43,918 nucleotides of DNA from Sulfurimonadaceae bacterium (GTDB taxonomy: Bacteria; Campylobacterota; Campylobacteria; Campylobacterales; Sulfurimonadaceae), in NCBI GenBank assembly GCA_041571435.1, contig JBFFUI010000014.1, forward strand, positions 1 to 43,918, in the 5' to 3' direction. The notes under the pieces are model-generated. The model made no database searches and was not told where the DNA came from. It saw only the letters and a program-made list of their open reading frames with translations. The position numbers and the translations under genes are program-made. Below, in pieces: positions 25,903 to 35,645 of this stretch (the stretch's first letter is position 1; each line of letters starts with the position of its first letter).

Positions 25903-28900
25903 ATGATCCGCCGTATTATTGAGTTTGCGATCGACAAACCGCTCCTGAACCATATTTTGTTGATGTTCATATTGCTGCTCTCCATTTTTGCCTACATCAA
26001 CATTCCCAAAGAGATCTTTCCGCCGATTCAGATGGACAAGATCTCTATCAACGGCGGCTATGTCGGTACCTCTGCCAACGTGCTTGACAAGATGGTCGTC
26101 TCTACCATCGAGGATGACCTCAAAAATATCAATGAACTTGATACGGTCAAGACCACTATTAAAAACGGTTCTTTCTCCATATTGGCGGACATCAAACCAG
26201 GTTCAGACAACATCCAGGTCCTTCAGGATGTCAAAGACATCATAGCCCAGACCAAGCGTGATCTTCCGGCAGATATGAATGAACCGATCGCCAAAATCCA
26301 TGTTGAGACAATACCGCTTGTTTTGATCGCAATTGCAGGTGAGGTACCGACCAAAGAACTTCTGGCACGTGCTGAGGAGTTAAAAAGTTCACTTGCACAG
26401 TTCAAAGAGCTTAGCGAGATCTCTATTCGGGGCGATTCGGATGAAGAACTGGTATTGAGGCTCAATGAAGAGAAGATCCGGGCCTACGGTCTTGAGGTCA
26501 ATGCCGTTGTGGCCGCGATGCAAAACCTCAGTTCCATCTTTCCTATCGGTACGATCAAAGAGCGTGGCCAGCACCTCTATATCTCAACCTATAACGGCGA
26601 GAAAGATCAGAAAAGCCTGGAAAATACGGTCATCAATGTTGGACGCGGGCATGTCCGTCTGGGTGATGTTTCCGACATCTCTTTTGAACTGGGCGACGAG
26701 AGCGAGATCTCTCATTATAACGGTGTGCGCAACATCTCTGTCAACATCACCAAGTCCAAGTCGGGTAATGCCATCGCTCTGACAAAAGAGATCCGTCTTC
26801 TCCTTGCGGAGTATAAAAAGATGTACCCGCACCTCGCCTTCGATATTTATACCGATACCTCTGTCTGGATCAAAAACCGTCTCAATACCGTTTTTGCCAA
26901 TATCATGTTCGGGCTGATGCTTGTCTTTATGGCGATGCTAGTCTTTGTCAACCGGGGTATTGCTCTGGTCGTGGCCATGGGGATACCGCTTTCATTCATG
27001 ATCGGTTTGATCGTGTCTGAGGCTGGAGGCTACAGCCTGAATATGCTCTCGTTGCTCGGCGCTTTGATCGCGCTTGGTATGTTGGTCGATGAAGCGATCG
27101 TCGTTGCAGAGAACATTTACCGACACCTTGAAGAGGGAATGGAACCCAGAGAAGCGGCGATCGTAGGTGCGACAGAGATGTTTCCGGCGGTTTTGACGGC
27201 AACGCTGACCACCATCTTCGCCTTTTTGCCGATGCTGTTGATCAGCGGTGAGATGGGGGCTTTTATCAAGATCCTGCCGATCATGATCTCGGTCCTTCTG
27301 GTCAGTTCGATTTTTGAGGCTTTTTACTTCCTGCCGCTGCATTCGTATGAGCTCTTGCGTCTGCGCAAAGAGGGGCATATGACCCACGGTATCTGGGAGA
27401 CACTCTACAGCTTTTACCAAAGGGTGTTGATCCGACTTCTGGAGAAAAAGGTACTTTCGCTAATTGCGATCGTCGCAACGATCTTACTGGTGACGGCCTA
27501 TATGGTCAAAACATCAAAATTCCAGCTCTTTCCTGAATTTGACGTAACACAGGTCTACGTATCGGGCAAGGTTAATGTCAATAATGATCTTGAAGATACG
27601 GAGAAGCTGGTCACAACAATCGAAAATGAGCTTCTTAAACGGCTGCATGACGATGACTATATATCGGTGACATCGGTGATCGGTTTGAGGATCGATGCCA
27701 AGAACAAAGCAGAGATCGGCGAAAATCTTTTTCATATCTTTATCGAGCTGCATGAACGTGCGCCGGACAATATTTTTAACAAATATATCAACCCCTATTT
27801 TTCGATCGAATATGATCCGGATGTCTTGATCCGTAATCGCTCTGCGTATGCGATCAGAGAGGAAATCGCAACGTGGATGAAACCGTACAAAGAGGCAAAA
27901 GTCGATGGTCATTTTCTCTATGAAGAGTTGAACACGGACATACAGGGAACGGGTGTCGTAGCGCATGATGTCGAGATTGCCATTAGCGGAAAAGATGATG
28001 ACGAACTTGTCGGTGCTGTCAATAAACTTGAAAAAGCGATGCATGCGGTCAAGGGCTTGCAAGACATTGCAGACGATGCGGATATGGGTGAAAAAGAGCT
28101 CAAACTGCGTGTCAACAGTTACGGTCAGGAGCTGGGCTTTAATGAACAGCTTATTACGCAGGAGTTGCGGGCATATTACCTTAAAGGCGAGTACGGCAAG
28201 ATGTTTAACGAGGAGGGTCTGGTTCGGATTCGGATAGAGGGACACACCAAAGACTCACTTGCTTCGCTGGACGATCTGCAGGTGCAGGTTCCCGGAACAT
28301 CAAACTTTATCGCGTTGCGGGATGTCTGTGATTTTATTTTGACGCAAGGGTATGTTAACACGATCAAAGAAAACGGCAAACGAATCCGTTCCGTCTTTGC
28401 TTCTCTGCATAAAGAGACGATCACCTCCTCTGAGGCGATGAAAGCACTTCGGCCTACGATCGACGGTTTGATCAAAGAGGGTTTTATTGTTGAGGTCAAA
28501 GGCGAAGAGAAGGAGAATGCGAAGACGCAGAGAGAGATGAAACAGGCTGCGTTGATAGCGATCTTTTTGATCTTTATCACGTTGGTGTGGCTTTTTGACT
28601 CGCTCAAACACTCATTAATCGTATTGAGTACGATCCCTTTGTCCCTTCTGGGCGTCTATGTCGGTCACATGATCATGGACCTTAATATCGGTATGACCTC
28701 ACTGATCGGTATCGTCGGTCTGTCAGGCGTCGTGGTCAACGACGGTTTGATCATGGTCAGTTTCATTAAGAGAGCGAAGAATATGGATGAGCTGGTACGA
28801 TTGGCGAAAACACGTCTTCGACCTATTCTTTTGACATCTATCACGACGGTGTTGGGGCTCTCGACATTGATCTTTTTCGCTTCGGGCCAGGCCATGATCC

Positions 28901-29016
28901 TGCAACCGATGGCGGTCGCGCTCGGCTTCGGAATCGCCTGGGCAACAGTCTTAAATCTAATTTACGTTCCGGTCCTTTACGCCGTTGTTTATCGGATCAA
29001 AAGTCCTGCCGGTTAA
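25903..29016 (+). CDS. RND (AcrB/AcrD/AcrF family) transporter permease
   Basis: 1037 aa; GMLVDEAIVVAENI, FAFLPML, GVVVNDGLIMV, RLRPILLTSITT. Confidence 0.96.
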   Translation: MIRRIIEFAIDKPLLNHILLMFILLLSIFAYINIPKEIFPPIQMDKISINGGYVGTSANVLDKMVVSTIEDDLKNINELDTVKTTIKNGSFSILADIKPGSDNIQVLQDVKDIIAQTKRDLPADMNEPIAKIHVETIPLVLIAIAGEVPTKELLARAEELKSSLAQFKELSEISIRGDSDEELVLRLNEEKIRAYGLEVNAVVAAMQNLSSIFPIGTIKERGQHLYISTYNGEKDQKSLENTVINVGRGHVRLGDVSDISFELGDESEISHYNGVRNISVNITKSKSGNAIALTKEIRLLLAEYKKMYPHLAFDIYTDTSVWIKNRLNTVFANIMFGLMLVFMAMLVFVNRGIALVVAMGIPLSFMIGLIVSEAGGYSLNMLSLLGALIALGMLVDEAIVVAENIYRHLEEGMEPREAAIVGATEMFPAVLTATLTTIFAFLPMLLISGEMGAFIKILPIMISVLLVSSIFEAFYFLPLHSYELLRLRKEGHMTHGIWETLYSFYQRVLIRLLEKKVLSLIAIVATILLVTAYMVKTSKFQLFPEFDVTQVYVSGKVNVNNDLEDTEKLVTTIENELLKRLHDDDYISVTSVIGLRIDAKNKAEIGENLFHIFIELHERAPDNIFNKYINPYFSIEYDPDVLIRNRSAYAIREEIATWMKPYKEAKVDGHFLYEELNTDIQGTGVVAHDVEIAISGKDDDELVGAVNKLEKAMHAVKGLQDIADDADMGEKELKLRVNSYGQELGFNEQLITQELRAYYLKGEYGKMFNEEGLVRIRIEGHTKDSLASLDDLQVQVPGTSNFIALRDVCDFILTQGYVNTIKENGKRIRSVFASLHKETITSSEAMKALRPTIDGLIKEGFIVEVKGEEKENAKTQREMKQAALIAIFLIFITLVWLFDSLKHSLIVLSTIPLSLLGVYVGHMIMDLNIGMTSLIGIVGLSGVVVNDGLIMVSFIKRAKNMDELVRLAKTRLRPILLTSITTVLGLSTLIFFASGQAMILQPMAVALGFGIAWATVLNLIYVPVLYAVVYRIKSPAG

Positions 29017-29095
29017 AGTGTCGCAAGTGGTTAGAGGTGTTATAAGCATCTCAGTGGTATAATCACCAAATTTTAAATATATGGGAAACATAGAT

Positions 29096-29395
29096 ATGAA
29101 CGAATATGGCAAATATGCGGCACTGTTCGAAGATGAGGATGATGTCTTTTTAGGTTCGCCGAAGTCAAAGTTTATGGACATTGTCTTCACAGCAAACAAG
29201 AACCTTGTCGAGGAACAGATCGAAAAGATTATTAACCGCCTGGCCGCGATGGAGATTCTCCTGGATGAAAAGATGGGCGATGAATGGGAACGTGAGCTTG
29301 CGACAAATGATTTTGAACGTTCAGCCGAAGTAGAAGAGAAAGCGAAAAGCCTCTACATCGAATATACAGGTGAAGTCGTAACACGTAATGAGTAG
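29096..29395 (+). CDS. DUF2018-like protein
   Basis: DDVFLGSPKSKFMDIVFTAN..V..IEYTGEVVTRNE; TGGTATAAT promoter upstream. Confidence 0.8.
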   Translation: MNEYGKYAALFEDEDDVFLGSPKSKFMDIVFTANKNLVEEQIEKIINRLAAMEILLDEKMGDEWERELATNDFERSAEVEEKAKSLYIEYTGEVVTRNE

Positions 29396-29423
29396 CGCAG
29401 TCGCGCCTCTGGAAGAGGTAGCC

Positions 29424-29457
29424 CTCTTTTGAGAGCAGGAAACTGCTTTCATAAGAG
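29424..29457. terminator. Long GAAA-tetraloop hairpin
   Basis: CTCTT-TTGAGAGCAG-GAAA-CTGCTTTCAT-AAGAG. Confidence 0.45.
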
Positions 29458-29489
29458 ATCTATGTAAAATTATTAGGGTAGTATTAACA

Positions 29490-30380
29490 GTGATAGATAA
29501 AGTAGAAAAAGAGATTTTATCGCTTGTCGACGAGATCGGCTATGACGAAATAACCCGCCTGTTCGGTACGCTCAAAGGCGGTAAGCGCCTGCGTGCAAAA
29601 CTGGTACTGGAGATTGCAGCTGAAGATGAGAGAGCACCTAGACTGGGTGCGATTATCGAGCTTATCCATGCGGCAAGTCTACTGCATGATGATGTTATCG
29701 ACGAAGCCACATTGCGTCGCGGCGCACCATCTGTCAATGCGACAGAAGATTCCAAAACAGCCATAATGCTCGGGGACGCGCTCTACTCTAAAGCGTACAG
29801 CACGCTTGTCTCGTACGACGAAGCCGTTGCTCAGACTGTCGCCGATGCCGTTACGGCCCTTTCCGTCGGTGAACTGATGGATGTGCGCATGTCTGAACAC
29901 TTTAACGCCGATGCCGACGCCTATATGGAGATGCTCTATCTTAAAACGGCCGCTCTGATCGAAGCTTCTGCCAAAGCCGCAGCAGTGATGACCGGCAAAG
30001 ATGCTGAAGCGTATGCGCTTTACGGCAAAAATCTCGGTATCGCATTTCAGATCATTGATGACATCCTGGACATTGTCTCTGACGAAGCAACACTTGGAAA
30101 ACCTGCACTGCACGACTATGAAGAGGGCAAATGCACCTTGCCTTATATCTACCTGGCAGAGGATCTGGAAGGTGCGGAGAGGGAGCGTCTGCTCTCCTGT
30201 CACAAAGAGAAACTATCACCAGAAGATGCAGCATGGATCAAAGCAAAGATGAAAGAGCACAAGTCGGTCGAACGTTCGTATGCGCTTGCCCAGGAACTTT
30301 CAGACAAGGCAATTGCAGCAGTGGCAGAGGATGAACGTCTTGTCGGCATTATCGAATCCATGATGAAGAGAAGTTTTTAA
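29490..30380 (+). CDS. ispB: Polyprenyl diphosphate synthase (IspB-like)
   Basis: GGKRLR, HAASLLHDDVID...RRG, KTAALI, AFQIIDDILD, GKP..D..EGK.TLP. Confidence 0.9.
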   Translation: MIDKVEKEILSLVDEIGYDEITRLFGTLKGGKRLRAKLVLEIAAEDERAPRLGAIIELIHAASLLHDDVIDEATLRRGAPSVNATEDSKTAIMLGDALYSKAYSTLVSYDEAVAQTVADAVTALSVGELMDVRMSEHFNADADAYMEMLYLKTAALIEASAKAAAVMTGKDAEAYALYGKNLGIAFQIIDDILDIVSDEATLGKPALHDYEEGKCTLPYIYLAEDLEGAERERLLSCHKEKLSPEDAAWIKAKMKEHKSVERSYALAQELSDKAIAAVAEDERLVGIIESMMKRSF

Positions 30381-31633
30381 TGCATTTTTTAGTGGTCAGT
30401 TTCACCCATAAGAACACGACTTTGGCTATTCGGGAACAACTCGCTTTTTCCAATGACGAACAAAAAAAGGTCTGTCTGAGCAAGATCTGCGCCGATCCGA
30501 GTATTGATGAAGCGATGGTGACCTCGACGTGTAACCGGATCGAAGTCTTTTGCAGCTGTAGCGACGTTGACGCAGCGACGTTGACTATCCTGCTTTACCT
30601 GCATAAACGTTCAGGGATCCCGGCTGACGAACTTGAGGCCCGTGCCGATATCCATGAAGACCGATCTGCGATCCACCACATGCTCTCTGTCGTCAGCTCA
30701 CTGGACTCAATGGTCGTCGGTGAGACACAGATCTCCGGACAGATCAAAGATGCTTTCACTTTTGCCAAGCAACACGGTTTTTGCGGGGAGAGAGTGGCTT
30801 CCGTTATTCACCATGCATTCCGATGTGCGGCTGAAGTCCGCAATGTAACGGATATCTCTTCAAAACCTGTCTCCATTGCGAGTGTGGCGATGAAGCAACT
30901 TAAACAAGATGCAGGTGACCTGAACGGAAAACGGGCTCTTCTTATCGGAGCGGGGGAGATGACCGTTCTATCCGCACGATACCTCATGCGTGAAGGTGTA
31001 TCAATCACGATCATGAACCGTACCCGCGAAAAAGCTGAAGAGATTGCCAAAGAGTTTGATGCTCAGGTCATTGACTTTGAAGAGCTGTCAGCGGTGATAG
31101 ATGAGTTTGAGCTACTTGTCTCTGCGACAGGCGCAACAGAACCGATCATCAAAAAAGAGGATATCAACTTTTCGATCCGTGATCGTTACTGGATCGACAT
31201 GGCCGTACCGCGCGATATCGAAGTGTTTGAATCCGATTCGATTACACTCTATGCCGTGGATGATCTTAAAAGCATCGTAGATGAAAACCTTGTTCTGCGC
31301 GAAGATGAAGCGAAGGCCTCTTTCGGGATCATCCGCAAGTTTACGAAAAGTTATTACGATCTGCAGCAGCAGCAGCGCATCGAGCCGATGATCAAAGAGC
31401 TCTATCTCCGTGCGATGAACGCGGCCAAGATCGAGAGTGAACGTGCTATCACCAACGGTTACCTTCCAAAAGAGTATGCTGCACAAGCCCAAAAGATGGC
31501 GGAACAGACACTGAAGCGTTTTCTTCACGATAAGATGCACCGTCTTCGTGATGTAACGGAAGAGGCGCATTCTGAATTGCTGATGAGTTCACTTTCGCAC
31601 ATACTCGGTCTGAGTGATATCGACAATCAATAA
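30380..31633 (+). CDS. hemA: Glutamyl-tRNA reductase
   Basis: STCNRIE, SLDSMVVGETQISGQ, IGAGEM, IDMAVPRDIE, VDDL. Confidence 0.97.
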   Translation: MHFLVVSFTHKNTTLAIREQLAFSNDEQKKVCLSKICADPSIDEAMVTSTCNRIEVFCSCSDVDAATLTILLYLHKRSGIPADELEARADIHEDRSAIHHMLSVVSSLDSMVVGETQISGQIKDAFTFAKQHGFCGERVASVIHHAFRCAAEVRNVTDISSKPVSIASVAMKQLKQDAGDLNGKRALLIGAGEMTVLSARYLMREGVSITIMNRTREKAEEIAKEFDAQVIDFEELSAVIDEFELLVSATGATEPIIKKEDINFSIRDRYWIDMAVPRDIEVFESDSITLYAVDDLKSIVDENLVLREDEAKASFGIIRKFTKSYYDLQQQQRIEPMIKELYLRAMNAAKIESERAITNGYLPKEYAAQAQKMAEQTLKRFLHDKMHRLRDVTEEAHSELLMSSLSHILGLSDIDNQ

Positions 31634-31655
31634 TCATATTTTATAAGGAACGTCC

Positions 31656-33356
31656 ATGCGTTTTTCAAAAGCTTTTATACCAACGACCAAAGAGGCACCT
31701 TCTGATGCTGTCTTGGCCAGCCACATCTTTTTAGCACGTGCCGGTTTCACCTCGCAGGTTGCTGCCGGTTTGTACAATTATCTGCCATTGGGTAAACGTG
31801 TACTGAAAAAGATCGAAAATGTGATCAATGAAGAGATGACGAAGGTCGGCGCACAAGAGGTAGATCTTAGCTTTGTGACGCCGGCCGATCTTTGGCAAGA
31901 GAGTGGTCGGATCGAGAAGTTTGGAAAAGAGCTTCTGCGTTTTCGTGACCGCAAGGAGAATCTCTTTGTTCTGGGACCGACCCACGAAGAGATGATGGTC
32001 AACCTGGTCCGCAACCGTGTGACCAGTTACAAACAGCTTCCGCTTAACCTCTATCAGATCAAGACTAAGTTTCGTGATGAAGCACGTCCGCGTTTCGGTC
32101 TGATGCGCGGTCGTGAGTTTGTGATGAAAGACGGCTACAGCTTTCATGCTACAACAGAAGATCTTGACAGAGAGTTTGACATGATGGAAGCATCTTACAA
32201 ACGTGTTCTAGAGCGTTTAGGGCTGGACTTTCGTGTGGTCGAAGCCGACAGCGGTGCCATCGGCGGGTCGGGTTCGAAAGAGTTGATGGTGATCGCCGAC
32301 AGCGGGGAAGATACTATTGCTATCTGTGACAGTTGTGAATACGGGGCCAATGTCGAAGCAGCAGCGCGTTCCGATGTACGTAAGATCCCGGAAGCGCCGG
32401 AAGCGGACTTTAACAAGTTCCAGACACCGGATGTTAAAACAATCGACGAGCTTGCCGATTTCTTTAAAGTCGATCCTTATTACACGATGAAATGTATTGC
32501 CAAGCGTATGATGTACGAAGATGGTGACCAGATCGTCCTTTTCTTCTTGCGCGGTGACGATGAACTCCAAGAGGTAAAAGCGGTCAATGCGGCTGAAGCA
32601 CTTGACATTGCGGATGTGACAGAAGAAGAACTTACAGGTTTGGGACTTGTACCGGGCTTTATGGGTCCACTTGATATGGAGAAGGTACCGTGTGTTTTTG
32701 ACACGTCATTGAAGGGGGCTAAAGGCCTTATCTGCGGTGCCAACGAAAAAGATTATCACTATGTCGGCGTCGACATGAGTGTGCTCGATGGCGCTCTTTT
32801 TGCCGATCTCTATACTGCAAAAGAGGGTGACGGATGCCCGCACTGCAGCGGTAAGCTTCTGTATAAAAAGGGGATCGAAGTCGGGCATATCTTTAAATTG
32901 GGTACCACCTATTCAAAACCTCTCAAAGCCGAGTTCTTAAATGAAAAAGGTCAGGCAGAGCCGTTTGTCATGGGGACCTACGGTATGGGTGTCAGTCGTC
33001 TGATCGCAGCAACGATCGAACAGCATCATGATGAAAACGGGTGTGTCTGGACTAAAGAGACGGCACCTTATTTGGTCAATGTCATGGTCTCCAACATCAA
33101 AGATGAGGAGCAACTGGCTTTCGGCGAAGCCCTCTATAAACAGCTCCAGGATGCCGGTGTTGATGTTATTTTGGATGATCGTAAAGAGCGTTTCGGTTTT
33201 AAGATGAAAGATGCCGAACTCATCGGATTCCCGTACACTGTCATCGTGGGTAAAGAGCTGGTCAACGGCAATGTGCAGATCGTCGAGCGTGCTACGCTGG
33301 AGAAGAGAGCTGCTTTTGCTGATAAGGTTTTTGACGAGATTATGGAACGACTGTAA
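31656..33356 (+). CDS. proS: Proline--tRNA ligase (bacterial type with editing insertion)
   Basis: [55 protein letters not shown]. Confidence 0.99.
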   Translation: MRFSKAFIPTTKEAPSDAVLASHIFLARAGFTSQVAAGLYNYLPLGKRVLKKIENVINEEMTKVGAQEVDLSFVTPADLWQESGRIEKFGKELLRFRDRKENLFVLGPTHEEMMVNLVRNRVTSYKQLPLNLYQIKTKFRDEARPRFGLMRGREFVMKDGYSFHATTEDLDREFDMMEASYKRVLERLGLDFRVVEADSGAIGGSGSKELMVIADSGEDTIAICDSCEYGANVEAAARSDVRKIPEAPEADFNKFQTPDVKTIDELADFFKVDPYYTMKCIAKRMMYEDGDQIVLFFLRGDDELQEVKAVNAAEALDIADVTEEELTGLGLVPGFMGPLDMEKVPCVFDTSLKGAKGLICGANEKDYHYVGVDMSVLDGALFADLYTAKEGDGCPHCSGKLLYKKGIEVGHIFKLGTTYSKPLKAEFLNEKGQAEPFVMGTYGMGVSRLIAATIEQHHDENGCVWTKETAPYLVNVMVSNIKDEEQLAFGEALYKQLQDAGVDVILDDRKERFGFKMKDAELIGFPYTVIVGKELVNGNVQIVERATLEKRAAFADKVFDEIMERL

Positions 33357-33790
33357 TGCTCTATTTTGTGCTCTACCTTTTTTTAGAGGTGATGATCTCC
33401 GTCAACATCGCCTCGCAAATTGGCGGTTTTTATACCTTTTTGGAACTGCTAGCGAGTGCTTTTGTCGGGTTTGTTCTGTTGGTAAACTTCAGAGCGACAC
33501 TCTTTGAGAACATGCAGGCCTTTTCCATGGAAAAGATTGACGTTCAGGAGTTCCAGCGCCTCAATATCTTTGCCGTACTCGGTGCCGTCTTATTGATACT
33601 TCCAGGGTTTTTGACAGACATTTTTGGTGTTTTGCTTCAGTTCTCTGTCATAACGAAGATGTTGGTTAACCGTTTTACGGCAAAATCTACAGATCAAAAG
33701 AGTACACGATATTCCCACACTCAAATACATGAAGAAAAGGATGATGATGTCATTGATGTCGAAATTATCAGCAGCGATTCTAGTAAGTAG
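33356..33790 (+). CDS. fxsA: FxsA family membrane protein
   Basis: YLFLE, GAVLLILPGFLTDIFG, C-terminal DVIDVEI. Confidence 0.88.
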   Translation: MLYFVLYLFLEVMISVNIASQIGGFYTFLELLASAFVGFVLLVNFRATLFENMQAFSMEKIDVQEFQRLNIFAVLGAVLLILPGFLTDIFGVLLQFSVITKMLVNRFTAKSTDQKSTRYSHTQIHEEKDDDVIDVEIISSDSSK

Positions 33791-34586
33791 TCTTTCACTT
33801 TTTGGTGCAACAGATGCAGAGGTCACCCAGTTTTTGACAAAACAGATCGGTGGCAACAAAAACGTCTCCAATCTCAAAATCACAGTGACAAGTCGTGAGG
33901 CGGTAAAAGAACTTAAAGACTGGGACAGTGTCATCGTAAAGTTGACGGCACATGTCAAACAGGGCACGCAAGAGCGTGATATCGAGCAGCAGATGATCTA
34001 TTTTGTTCACGGTGACTACATTACCAAAGAACTTAATGATCTCAAAACAGGACGTCCTTTAAGCGCGACTGTTTCACCAAAGTTTGAGGCAGATTTTTAT
34101 ACTAAAACGAATCTGATCTATGGTAATACTAACGCAAAACACAAGGTGGCGATCTTCTCCGATCCACTCTGCCCGTTCTGTCGTAAGTTTGTTCCCGAAG
34201 CGATCAGTTACATGAAAAAATATCCTGATGCTTTTGCTGTCTATTATTACCATTTCCCACTTCCAGCTCTTCACCCGGCAGCTGTCACTTTGACCAAAGC
34301 GGAAATCGCTGCTGAACACAAAGGGGTCAAAGGCAAGATCCTGGATTTATATAAAGTCGATATCGATCCCCGTGAGACAGATGAGAAAAAGATCCTAACG
34401 GCATTCAACAAAGCGTTAGGGACATCACTGAGTGTTGCCGATATTCATGCTCCAACAGTTGAACAGCGGTTCAAGCATGACAAGAATATTGCAATGAAGG
34501 TGATGGTGCAGGGTACACCGACAATGTTCTTTGACGGCGTAAAAGATGCAAGCAAAAACAAATTTAAAGAAGTGAAAGTCAAATAA
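33747..34586 (+). CDS. Periplasmic thiol:disulfide oxidoreductase (DsbC/DsbK-like)
   Basis: Signal peptide; FSDPLCPFC, HFPL..HP, VQGTP cis-Pro loop. AAGG SD favours ATG 33747. Confidence 0.88.
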   Translation: MSLMSKLSAAILVSSLSLFGATDAEVTQFLTKQIGGNKNVSNLKITVTSREAVKELKDWDSVIVKLTAHVKQGTQERDIEQQMIYFVHGDYITKELNDLKTGRPLSATVSPKFEADFYTKTNLIYGNTNAKHKVAIFSDPLCPFCRKFVPEAISYMKKYPDAFAVYYYHFPLPALHPAAVTLTKAEIAAEHKGVKGKILDLYKVDIDPRETDEKKILTAFNKALGTSLSVADIHAPTVEQRFKHDKNIAMKVMVQGTPTMFFDGVKDASKNKFKEVKVK

Positions 34587-35545
34587 TGGATAAAGTGGTT
34601 ATCGCTACAAGAGTTTCAGATCTTGCCCTATGGCAAGCTTATCATATTAAAGATAGAATCGAGGCAGCATTTGATGATGTGGAAGTGGTGCTTAACAAGA
34701 TCGTCAGTAATGGTGACAAGGTCTTGGATAAACCCTTAGCGCTGATCGGTGGCAAGGGACATTTCACAAAAGAGCTTGAAGATGCGATGCTTGCAGGTAA
34801 TGCGGATATCGCAGTGCATTCTCTTAAAGATGTTCCCACATATATCCCCGAGGGATTGGAACTTGCAGCGGTAACAGAAAGACAGGATCAAAGCGATGTT
34901 TTTCTATCTCATAAGTATGCAAACTTGGATGAGCTTCCACAGGGTGCAGTCGTGGGTACAACAAGTTTACGACGACGTATGCAGTTGCTTAAACAGAGAC
35001 CCGATCTAAAAGTCAAAGACCTACGAGGGAATGTCAACACTCGTCTTCGAAAACTTGCGGAAGGTCAGTACGATGCGATCATCCTTGCCTATATTGGACT
35101 GCATCGTCTGGACCTTCTAAAAGATATCCCTTTCACTGATAAACTCTCGCTGGATATGATGATACCGCCAATGGGACAAGCTGCCTTGGGTATAGAGATA
35201 GTGCAGGGCAATGCAAAACTAAGTGAGATAGCTGAATTTCTCAAAGATGAGAATACCTACATAGCGACTCAGATCGAGCGTGATTTTATCGCGGCAATCG
35301 GTGCTGGATGTTCTGCCCCGGTAGCATGTAATGCTGTTATAAAGGGGAATGAAGTCACTTTCCGTGTTATGCTGGGCTTTCCTGACGGCACCAATGTCAT
35401 GCAGGAAAAAATTGTCGTTGACGTGAATGAATCAAAAGATATTGGTGTCGATCTGGCACAAAAAATGATAGACAATGGGGCACTGCAGCTTCTTAAAGAT
35501 GCTGAAAAAGTTGCATTTAAAGACGAGATGCCACAGCGGATCTAG
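34586..35545 (+). CDS. hemC: Hydroxymethylbilane synthase (porphobilinogen deaminase)
   Basis: IATRVSDLALWQA, GGKGHFTKELE, AVHSLKDVP, GTTSLRR, LRGNVNTRL, GAGCSAP. Confidence 0.98.
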   Translation: MDKVVIATRVSDLALWQAYHIKDRIEAAFDDVEVVLNKIVSNGDKVLDKPLALIGGKGHFTKELEDAMLAGNADIAVHSLKDVPTYIPEGLELAAVTERQDQSDVFLSHKYANLDELPQGAVVGTTSLRRRMQLLKQRPDLKVKDLRGNVNTRLRKLAEGQYDAIILAYIGLHRLDLLKDIPFTDKLSLDMMIPPMGQAALGIEIVQGNAKLSEIAEFLKDENTYIATQIERDFIAAIGAGCSAPVACNAVIKGNEVTFRVMLGFPDGTNVMQEKIVVDVNESKDIGVDLAQKMIDNGALQLLKDAEKVAFKDEMPQRI

Positions 35546-35645
35546 AAGCAGATATTTTGCTTCAGATCATCCATCGGGTTTACTTTCTCTGTTAATGCAG
35601 TTACCATACTTACACTAGAATTATAAAAACTCCTCAAGAGATAAA

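Noticed and set aside
29405..29457. GAAA/GGAA-loop hairpins as SRP RNA or another ncRNA
   Set aside because: The SRP helix-8 internal-loop consensus is missing and the gap is only about 95 nt; better explained as a terminator or processing hairpin.
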